Part shown: positions 7,998 to 14,868 of the stretch, piece after piece
Layout: each line of letters opens with the position of its first letter
Numbering within the stretch: position 1 is the stretch's first letter
Source of the DNA: a virus
Lineage: Duplodnaviria; Heunggongvirae; Uroviricota; Caudoviricetes
Direction: 5' to 3' (one strand)
Virus record (IMG/VR): IMGVR_UViG_3300035208_008116
Location: 73,539 to 102,144 of that record
DNA: 28,606 nucleotides
Notes under the pieces: model-generated
Databases searched by the model: none
Told to the model about the DNA's origin: nothing
Seen by the model: only the letters and a program-made list of their open reading frames with translations
Position numbers and translations under genes: made by a program

Positions 7998-9503
7998 ATG
8001 TTAAATGGTAATAAACCACAAGCAAGCCCGGGAGCTGAGGGGGGAGCAATCCTTTATCGGGGAACTTGGGATGCAAGTGCAAATACACCAACTCTGGCTA
8101 GTGGAATAGGTACAGCTGGTGATTATTATATTGTCTCAACAGCAGGCACCACCAGTATTGATGGGATAGCTGTTTGGGGTGTCTCTGACTGGGCAGTCTT
8201 CAATGGGTCCACATGGGAGAAAGTGGACAATGCAGGAAACGTTTCTGGCCCAACTTCTTCTACGGACAATGCTGTCGCCAGGTTTAATCTTGCGACCGGC
8301 AAGGTCATTCAGAATTCTGGAGTAACTATCGGAGACGATGAATCGTTAACAGTTGGAACAACAGAGGCCGTGGTCCTGACGACAATGGATGGAGGAGTCC
8401 TTGGGACTATTCCTTCAATTGAATTCAGTTCTCCTTCTTGTCCTTTTGGGACAGGGACGGGGGCAATGAAAGGAGGGCTTATTATTTATGATGACCCTGC
8501 TGTTGCTTCAGGGGTTGCTTCTCTTGTTTTTGTTGACAATTCTTCCCTTTCTTCTTCTCCTCGTGCGACGACTCTTTCGAATAAGTTGGATACTCATGAG
8601 TTATATCTTGAAGGAGCCTATAAATTCACAGTGGAGGGGCATCTTTCCAGTATAGGGACTGAGGGGTGGTTTGGTCCCGCGACAGGGACTGTTGAGGCAG
8701 GTGCGGGCTCAGGAGCCTCTTACTCACTCGTTGCTCCAACTGATATGGCGGGAGAGATTGTCTTAACAACTGGAACAACGGCGCTCGCCACAGCCAGTGT
8801 CTTTACCCTTAATTACTCAAACCCTTATAGTTACTCTCCCTCTATTTCTTTAACCCCAGCAAATGCTGAAGCTGCGGCTCTTGCCGGGGCGACAGGTGTT
8901 TGGGTTAGTTCTGGAACAGGGGGTTTCTCTATCTATTCTGGTGCGACAAAGTTAGGAGATGCTACCGAATATCATTGGTATTACCAAGTGATTGAACACC
9001 AGATGGAGGTTTGGCCCGGCGAGGCAGGAGACGACCTCTCAATTGCTGACGTCGTTAATGTTAGTTGGTATTCAGATGTTTCATCTGTTTATGATGATAT
9101 CGCAATTTCTGAGGATGTCGAAATCGACAAGGTTGATCCTGTTATTTCTGAAGGAGGGGAAGATTTGACTATTGAAGAGGATGTAGGAATGTTCACTGAT
9201 GCTTACAATGTTTCTGATTCTAATGATGAGGATGTTGATATCGCTGAAGATGTTGAGGTATTTACCGACATTTACTACTCGGAAACACCTGGAGATGATA
9301 TCTCTCTTAATGAGGATGTCGAAATGTTCACAGATCTCTATCATATCCCAGATGTTGCTGAAGAAGTACCTGCTGCAGAAGAAGACGTTGAAATGTTCAC
9401 TGATGCTTATAATGTCTCAGACACCATTGACGAGGATATTGGGATAGCTGAAACAGATTACACTGTTGAAACTGACCAGATTGAAGTTGAAGCACCGGCT
9501 TAA
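7998..9503 (+). CDS. Fibre-like virion protein with acidic C-terminal repeats, 501 aa
   Basis: N-terminal YRGTWDASANTPTLASG...DWAVFNGSTWEKVDN and GPTSSTDNAVARF motifs common in phage fibre proteins; C-terminal ~160 aa made of D/E-rich repeats. Confidence 0.7.
   Translation: MLNGNKPQASPGAEGGAILYRGTWDASANTPTLASGIGTAGDYYIVSTAGTTSIDGIAVWGVSDWAVFNGSTWEKVDNAGNVSGPTSSTDNAVARFNLATGKVIQNSGVTIGDDESLTVGTTEAVVLTTMDGGVLGTIPSIEFSSPSCPFGTGTGAMKGGLIIYDDPAVASGVASLVFVDNSSLSSSPRATTLSNKLDTHELYLEGAYKFTVEGHLSSIGTEGWFGPATGTVEAGAGSGASYSLVAPTDMAGEIVLTTGTTALATASVFTLNYSNPYSYSPSISLTPANAEAAALAGATGVWVSSGTGGFSIYSGATKLGDATEYHWYYQVIEHQMEVWPGEAGDDLSIADVVNVSWYSDVSSVYDDIAISEDVEIDKVDPVISEGGEDLTIEEDVGMFTDAYNVSDSNDEDVDIAEDVEVFTDIYYSETPGDDISLNEDVEMFTDLYHIPDVAEEVPAAEEDVEMFTDAYNVSDTIDEDIGIAETDYTVETDQIEVEAPA
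9027..9500 (+). repeat. About 7 tandem 22-24 aa acidic repeats
   Basis: For example EDLTIEEDVGMFTDAYNVSDSND / EDVDIAEDVEVFTDIYYSETPG / DDISLNEDVEMFTDLYHIPDVA; exact 18-bp DNA repeat AATGTTCACTGATGCTTA at 9188 and 9392. Confidence 0.85.
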
Positions 9504-9538
9504 GGTCAAAAATTATTAAAATACTAAAAAACTATGAT

Positions 9539-9985
9539 ATGGCACCTGTTACCGAAATTGGAATGTATGTAATCTCTTTACTGAGAAAAATTATCGCTTA
9601 TCCGATAGAGAAGGCTCTCTTTAGCCTTTTGCTTATTGTTGGGGGGTATCTCTTTGACGAAGCGATGTTTCCTTTGCTTGGGGGGTTACTAGTTCTTATA
9701 ATTTTTGATTTTATCACGGGGGTGGCGGCGGCAAAAACCAGCGGAGAGGAGATTACCTCTTCAAAGATCTCAAGAAGTGCCTTTAAGGTTGTCTTTTACT
9801 CTATCCTTATCTCAGGGGCTCATCTTGCTGGAAATTCTGTTCAGGTTATCACATTATTCGATGACTTGACTCTTAGCTTCTTATCTGTCACGGAGTTGAT
9901 CTCGATTATTGAGAATGTTGGACGGATGGGGTTTTGTACGCCAAAAAGACTCCTTAATACTCTCAAAGATTATACGACTAAATAA
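9539..9985 (+). CDS. Holin (Phage_holin_4_1-like), 148 aa
   Basis: Several hydrophobic segments; DFITGVAAAK...ITSSK and ELISIIENVGRMG...PKRL motifs; adjacent to the endolysin. Confidence 0.85.
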   Translation: MAPVTEIGMYVISLLRKIIAYPIEKALFSLLLIVGGYLFDEAMFPLLGGLLVLIIFDFITGVAAAKTSGEEITSSKISRSAFKVVFYSILISGAHLAGNSVQVITLFDDLTLSFLSVTELISIIENVGRMGFCTPKRLLNTLKDYTTK

Positions 9986-9993
9986 TAAAATAT

Positions 9994-11079
9994 ATGGAGA
10001 ATTACATACCTTCTTTGGGGGGGAATCCCTCACCAAAAGACTATCGAGATATCCCATTAGGGCAAGTTGTTCCGCAGTTAGTATCTTACCCAGATAAATA
10101 TCTGGTGGACATCTCGTTACTGCCCGTTTGGTACCAACGAAAAATTGGGGCTTGTGTGGGGCATGCTTGCGGAAAGTACAAACAAAGTCTAGATATCCCC
10201 GTAACGACTCCTAATATTCTTCCTCTTTCTGCTCGATTTCTTTATGCTTATGCAAAAGCTCTCGACGGATATGAAGGTGAAGGAACCTACCCGAGGTTGG
10301 TAATGAAGATTCTCAAGGATGTAGGGTGTTCAACTGAGAGGACTCTTCCGAATGATACGACCTTAGATCATGAAGCTTATGTCTTTTATAGAGATATCAA
10401 TAAGATCCCTAAGGTTGCGATAGAAGAGGCCTCGCTAAACAAGATTAAGTCTTATGCCTCTGTGTCCATGACAAAGTTGGGAATTCAGCAAGCCTGCTTC
10501 TCGGCGAGGGGGTTGTCTCTCCTTGTGAAACTAGATGAGAGTTGGTGGAGTGACAAAAATGGGGTGACCTGGGATAAGGATCGGATTCTGCCTCTTTGTC
10601 CTCCAAGGAACTCTGTGGGGGGGCATCAGATCTACATCTATGGATATGAAGTAGTCGGGAATGATATGAAGGTGTTCTTTCTCAATAGTTGGTCGAAGGA
10701 TTGGGCCGATAACGGCTGTGGGTGGTTCTGGTTGAGTGAATATCAGGCCTCCTTGGTTGAGGGGTGGACGGCAGTGAATATCCCCGATTACCTCCTCGAG
10801 GAAGTAAAGAATCTTCCTCCTGTATTCTCTCATCACTTCTACCGGTCTATCAATTATGGGGAGTCCAATGAGGAAGTAAAAGCCCTCCAGCGAGCCCTAC
10901 TGATTGATGGAGAGTTTGATTATATTGTCACAGGTTACTATGGAACGATCACATCTGCGGCAGTAAAAGCCTTCCAACGAAAATATCAAGTAGCTTCATT
11001 AGCTGAAATTAATGGGTTAAATGGCCGGTCAGCCGGTCCAAAGACCCGCAAGAAGCTAAATGAATTATTTGATAAGTAA
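9994..11079 (+). CDS. Endolysin: C1A papain-like cysteine peptidase plus C-terminal PG_binding_1 domain, 361 aa
   Basis: Catalytic Q..C (YQRKIGACVGHA), H (GGHQIYIYGY), N (LNSWSKDWADNG); C-terminal GESNEEVKALQRAL...GYYGTITSAAVKAFQRKY. Confidence 0.85.
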   Translation: MENYIPSLGGNPSPKDYRDIPLGQVVPQLVSYPDKYLVDISLLPVWYQRKIGACVGHACGKYKQSLDIPVTTPNILPLSARFLYAYAKALDGYEGEGTYPRLVMKILKDVGCSTERTLPNDTTLDHEAYVFYRDINKIPKVAIEEASLNKIKSYASVSMTKLGIQQACFSARGLSLLVKLDESWWSDKNGVTWDKDRILPLCPPRNSVGGHQIYIYGYEVVGNDMKVFFLNSWSKDWADNGCGWFWLSEYQASLVEGWTAVNIPDYLLEEVKNLPPVFSHHFYRSINYGESNEEVKALQRALLIDGEFDYIVTGYYGTITSAAVKAFQRKYQVASLAEINGLNGRSAGPKTRKKLNELFDK

Positions 11080-11095
11080 GTTAAAAGGTTCAATG

Positions 11096-11111
11096 GGACT
11101 TATGATATACT
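11096..11111 (+). promoter_or_regulatory. Putative late promoter, extended -10, copy 2
   Basis: GGACTTATGATATACT, 15/16 identical to 2575-2590, 54 nt upstream of ATG 11166. Confidence 0.6.
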
Positions 11112-11165
11112 TATCATAGGTCGAAGTCTAAATTATTAGGTATTATTAATTTTTAATTTTTAAAA

Positions 11166-11636
11166 ATGAAAAAGGAAATTAAAGCAAAGAATCCTCGCGG
11201 ATTCTATCGCATTCAGATTACTGAAGATGGTAAAGGTGTCGTTGGCGACTCAGGTTGGAATGAAAACCAAGTCGTTAATGATGGGATTCAACAGTATGTC
11301 GTGAACTGGCTCGTCGGTGATACAGGTAATGGTAAGAGTATTACCTATATGGCTCTTGGTTCAGGTTCTCAACCAGCTTCTAATGGTACCTCTCTTTTGG
11401 GTGAGGTCGTTAAGCGAGCGGCTGTGACCACTTCGGTCACGTCTTCTCGAACTGCTGTCTTTACTGCTCAGTTTGCTAGCGCCGCGTCATTCGTGACTGG
11501 CACTGTAAACATCAGTAACATTGGCTTGTTCAATACTTCTTCTGGCGGTACTATTTTTGCTGGAAACACTTATGCTTCTAGCTCTTGTGCCACTAACCAG
11601 AACGTCAACGCAACGTATCAGATCAGATTTTCGTAA
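11166..11636 (+). CDS. Small structural protein resembling a stand-alone tail-collar/fibre base domain (DUF3751-like), 156 aa
   Basis: Pattern NQVVNDG...ITYMALGSG...TSLLGEVVKR...VFTAQF...ISNIGLFNTSSGGTIFA...ATYQIRF; 15 of 18 Gly codons are GGT/GGC. Confidence 0.65.
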   Translation: MKKEIKAKNPRGFYRIQITEDGKGVVGDSGWNENQVVNDGIQQYVVNWLVGDTGNGKSITYMALGSGSQPASNGTSLLGEVVKRAAVTTSVTSSRTAVFTAQFASAASFVTGTVNISNIGLFNTSSGGTIFAGNTYASSSCATNQNVNATYQIRFS

Positions 11637-11700
11637 ACTTGTCAAGTCCTTTGCCAATTTAACCCTTATCACAAACCATCTTTTTTCTTGTGTTCAAAAG

Positions 11701-11739
11701 CAGAAGGTGAAAGAATCTTGAGATTCCTTTTACATTCTG
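11701..11739. other. Long imperfect hairpin in the intergenic region
   Basis: CAGAAGGTGAAAGAATCT / AGATTCCTTTTACATTCTG can form about 16-17 pairs with one bulge and one mismatch. Confidence 0.45.
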
Positions 11740-11768
11740 ATTCGTTACTGCATTATCCTTCTGAGGAC

Positions 11769-11797
11769 TTGCAAAAAATGTTAATTAGGTATATAAT
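11769..11797 (+). promoter_or_regulatory. Sigma70-type promoter
   Basis: TTGCAA (11769-74), 17-nt spacer, TATAAT (11792-97), 30 nt upstream of the HNH start. Confidence 0.75.
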
Positions 11798-11827
11798 GGA
11801 AGCATTATAAATTTAGTTAATAATAAT

Positions 11828-12505
11828 ATGAAGAAAGTAAGAAAAGAGTGGAGTCGAGAAGAAATTGAGGCTGTCTATAATCGTCCTGGAGTTATTGGTC
11901 GGGAAGCAGCAAAAGAGTTGGGAATTCCTGTTAGAGAATTTTCAGCTTTACTAAAAAAACATTCTATTGGATTTAAGAAAAAAGAGTCAGCGAATCTTCA
12001 ACTTAAGGATAAAGAATGGCTTCGGGATCAGTATCTTAATAAACAGAAATCTGTCAAACAGATTTCTGTAGAAATCGGGGCCACTATAGGAAATGTTAGG
12101 TCAGCCCTTGTCTGGATGGGGATTAAGACAAGAGGTGTTAAAGAATCTCTTGCTACGAAATATCCTCATGGGCGATTCGGGAAAGAATCCGGACGTTGGG
12201 CTGGGGGACGAAGAAAAACAGGCCGGGGATATGTTCAAATATATTCCCCAAACCACAAGGAGGCCGATATTAATGGATATGTGATGGAACATCGATTGGT
12301 TATGGAACAAGCTCTTAATAGGCCTTTATTAAAGAATGAAGACGTCCACCATCAAAATAAGGATAGGGGGGACAATCGACTTGAGAATCTTATTGTTTGC
12401 TCAAGAAGCCAACACAAAAAGATTCATTCTCTGATGAAGCAAAATGCTGAATTAGTTAACAAATTAAAACAATATGAAGAAAATATTAATCGATCCGAAG
12501 ATTGA
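11828..12505 (+). CDS. Free-standing HNH (homing-type) endonuclease with N-terminal DNA-binding region, 225 aa
   Basis: GYVMEHRLVMEQALNRPLLKNEDVHHQNKDRGDNRLENLIVCSRSQH is an HNH_3-type motif; basic HTH-like N-terminus. Confidence 0.9.
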   Translation: MKKVRKEWSREEIEAVYNRPGVIGREAAKELGIPVREFSALLKKHSIGFKKKESANLQLKDKEWLRDQYLNKQKSVKQISVEIGATIGNVRSALVWMGIKTRGVKESLATKYPHGRFGKESGRWAGGRRKTGRGYVQIYSPNHKEADINGYVMEHRLVMEQALNRPLLKNEDVHHQNKDRGDNRLENLIVCSRSQHKKIHSLMKQNAELVNKLKQYEENINRSED

Positions 12506-13037
12506 GGCTCTTCTCAAAGAGCATAATCAGGGGGTCAAGTTAGATTTAGGGTGTGGTGCTAATAAGAATCCTGGTTTCTTGGGAATTGACTATCGAGCGT
12601 TACCAGGAGTGGACATTGTCCACAATCTCGAAAAATTCCCCTTTCCCCTCCCTAATGAATGTGCATCATTGGCTGTTGCCTCTCACGTGGTGGAACACCT
12701 TGACCCACATGGCGGAAAGTTCATTGAATTTATGAATGAGGTCTGGCGTCTACTAAAACCAGACGGTGAGTTCTGGATAGCAGCTCCTTATGCTGGTTCA
12801 CCTGGCTATTGGCAAGATCCTACCCACTGCAATCCTTGTAGTGAAGTTACATGGGAGTACTTTGACCCAATGGGGCCAATGACGGGGGGTGCTTATTATC
12901 AAATCTATCGTCCATTACCGTGGAAGATCAAGCTTAACACCTGGCATGAAACGGGTAATTTGGAGGCAGTTTTGATTAAGAAGCGGATTGATAAGGCTAA
13001 TTTGGTCGACCCTAGCTATCTAGCAAAAATAAAATAA
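12474..13037 (+). CDS. Class I SAM-dependent methyltransferase (Methyltransf_11-like), 187 aa
   Basis: Motif I KLDLGCG, motif II FLGID, then SHVVEHL, EVWRLLKPDGEFWIAAP and DPTH. Confidence 0.9.
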   Translation: MKKILIDPKIEALLKEHNQGVKLDLGCGANKNPGFLGIDYRALPGVDIVHNLEKFPFPLPNECASLAVASHVVEHLDPHGGKFIEFMNEVWRLLKPDGEFWIAAPYAGSPGYWQDPTHCNPCSEVTWEYFDPMGPMTGGAYYQIYRPLPWKIKLNTWHETGNLEAVLIKKRIDKANLVDPSYLAKIK

Positions 13038-13038
13038 T

Positions 13039-13854
13039 ATGAAGAAGGAAAAATTCGTAAAACCGAGTTCTTTTACAGGTTTAAACAAGAATGATGGATC
13101 TTGGCACAACAGGATCTTGATCGCGACCCCGTCAACAGGGACGGTTAGAACAGAGTGGGTCTTGGCCCGATATGGTCAGATCATCCCCACGAATTGGTCA
13201 CATGTGGAGTTAATCCAATGGATCAATAGTTATGTTCCGATTGAGTACCTCCTCCCAGATGCAGAGAATCTTGTTGCTAAAGTAGTAGTTGAAGGTGATT
13301 TTGAATGGTTGCTATCAATCGAGGAGGATAATGTCCTCCCTCCTGATGCTTTCGTTAGAATCAACAACTATATGAGAGACGCAAAGGTTCCTATTGTTTC
13401 TGGTCTCTATTTTTCAAAATCTGAACCGCCAGAACCTATCCTCTATCGGGGGAGAGGAAATGGTAGTTACCAGGATTGGAAGATGGGTGACAAAGTATGG
13501 GTAGATGGAGTCCCTTTTGGGTTCACTCTTATCCATGGCTCTATCATCAAAGCAATGTGGGATGAGGCCCCAGAATATGTTGTCAGTGGACAAACCACAA
13601 GACGAGTCTTTGACCTCCCCGACAGGAACTTTGGAAGCGTAGAAGAAGGCGGCTATGGGGCTGTTAGGGGAACGACTGATCTCAATTGGTGTACTCAGAT
13701 AATGAAAGGAAACTTCTTTGAAAAAGCTGGCTGGCCAGAATATCAAAAGAAACAATATCCTTTCTTGGTTGATACCAATATCTTCATTAAGCACATAGAT
13801 AAACAAGGTCGACAGTATCCATTAGCAGGGATTCCTGCTCGTTATCAAAAATAA
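13039..13854 (+). CDS. GT-A fold (GT2-like) glycosyltransferase, 271 aa
   Basis: RILIATP; WLLSIEEDNVLPPD at the DXD position; VPIVSGLYF; VDGVPFGFTLIH; TDLNWC; FLVDTNIFIKHI. Confidence 0.75.
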   Translation: MKKEKFVKPSSFTGLNKNDGSWHNRILIATPSTGTVRTEWVLARYGQIIPTNWSHVELIQWINSYVPIEYLLPDAENLVAKVVVEGDFEWLLSIEEDNVLPPDAFVRINNYMRDAKVPIVSGLYFSKSEPPEPILYRGRGNGSYQDWKMGDKVWVDGVPFGFTLIHGSIIKAMWDEAPEYVVSGQTTRRVFDLPDRNFGSVEEGGYGAVRGTTDLNWCTQIMKGNFFEKAGWPEYQKKQYPFLVDTNIFIKHIDKQGRQYPLAGIPARYQK

Positions 13855-13859
13855 TTACT

Positions 13860-14033
13860 ATGGATCCAATAATTGAAAGTCATTTGAATCTTGAACATGC
13901 TGGCAAGGAGGAGGAATTTAAGGATTCCTGCATTCTTTGCAAAAATTTCTTAGAGGGTGCTTCTGTAAAAGGAGCTGATCTTGGCGTGAATCTTAGTGAT
14001 TCGGCCTCAACTAAGGATATTTTTGGCGGCTAA
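13860..14033 (+). CDS. Small acidic protein, 57 aa (not in ORF track)
   Basis: MDPIIESHLNLEHAGKEEEFKDSCILCKNFLEGASVKGADLGVNLSDSASTKDIFGG*; starts 5 nt after the GT stop. Confidence 0.6.
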   Translation: MDPIIESHLNLEHAGKEEEFKDSCILCKNFLEGASVKGADLGVNLSDSASTKDIFGG

Positions 14034-14047
14034 TTTTTCTAGGTCCA

Positions 14048-14260
14048 ATGAAAAAGAATCTCCGAATAGAGATAATTGATAAGGTTGTTGTTAAAGATAG
14101 CCCTAAACTTGATCGTAAAGCGGCTTATGGGAACTTTGTTGTTCTTGAATATAAAAATGACTGGTTACCTCAATTCAATCCTCTCTTTCAAGGAGTCAAT
14201 ACTTATAGCAGACCCCCGACGGAATCTTTTTCTAGTGGGAGGGGTTTTATTCTTTTTTAA
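14048..14260 (+). CDS. Hypothetical protein, 70 aa
   Basis: ORF track; N-terminus LRIEIIDKVVVKDSP matches the local repeat pattern. Confidence 0.55.
   Translation: MKKNLRIEIIDKVVVKDSPKLDRKAAYGNFVVLEYKNDWLPQFNPLFQGVNTYSRPPTESFSSGRGFILF
14210..14258 (+). terminator. Possible weak intrinsic terminator
   Basis: AGACCCC (14210-16) pairs with GGGGTTT (14241-47), followed by TTATTCTTTTTT; the loop is large and the element overlaps a CDS end. Confidence 0.3.
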
Positions 14261-14307
14261 TATTTTTAGACTTTACTTTTTCCAAGTGAGTCTAATTTTT
14301 GTATAAA

Positions 14308-14868
14308 ATGGACCTCAATATTAATATCATTGACTATGTCCCGTTGGGAAATGATCTCTTTTGGAAAAATTGGGATACTCCATGGAAGGACTGTTCTACT
14401 TCATGGAAAGACCTAACTGATCCTACCCCCCATGAGGTTGTCTTCTTTTTCCTTGAGACAGATTTAAATATCACTATCTTAGCGGAGGCTACAGATGTAG
14501 ACTCCGAATGTGATATCGCTAATTTTGATGGGGCGACGTCATTAACAGGGGCTGTTCCAGCAAGGGCACAGTCTTTCCTCTCTCAAGGGGGTGAATTGGT
14601 CTCAATGTCCTTCTACCTTTCAAAGAAGGGCCTTGTTTCAGGAACGATTGAGGCAAGAATCTATGATGCTGAGGGTGTCTATGGGACTACAAATATCCCC
14701 TCTGGAACCCCTCTTGCTACCTCCACCCCCGTGAGTGTTTCTACTTTAGATACTGAATATGACGGGACAGTTGATTCTGTTAAGGAAGTTTCTTTTGATT
14801 TCTCCTCGACGGTCTTTAACCTGACTCCAGGTAATTATTATTGTGCTGTAATCTACTACACACCATAA
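14308..14868 (+). CDS. Repeat- and module-containing virion accessory protein, 186 aa
   Basis: Track start 14299 is TTG; ATG 14308 with an AAA leader is preferred. Contains repeat units, a WKN/WKD heptad stretch and a C-terminally shortened copy of the ~150-aa module (RAQSF...YYCAVIYY). Confidence 0.75.
   Translation: MDLNINIIDYVPLGNDLFWKNWDTPWKDCSTSWKDLTDPTPHEVVFFFLETDLNITILAEATDVDSECDIANFDGATSLTGAVPARAQSFLSQGGELVSMSFYLSKKGLVSGTIEARIYDAEGVYGTTNIPSGTPLATSTPVSVSTLDTEYDGTVDSVKEVSFDFSSTVFNLTPGNYYCAVIYYTP

Noticed and set aside
9539-9565. Holin/antiholin dual-start (Met1 and Met9)
   Set aside because: No basic residue between the two Mets and no supporting initiation signal; too weak to call.
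11685-11700. GTTCAAA T-loop-like motif
   Set aside because: The flanks do not pair as a T-arm and there is no acceptor or anticodon structure.
12474-13037. DNA methyltransferase of a restriction-modification pair with the HNH
   Set aside because: Lacks DPPY/NPPY or PC catalytic motifs; short Methyltransf_11-type fold coupled to a GT.
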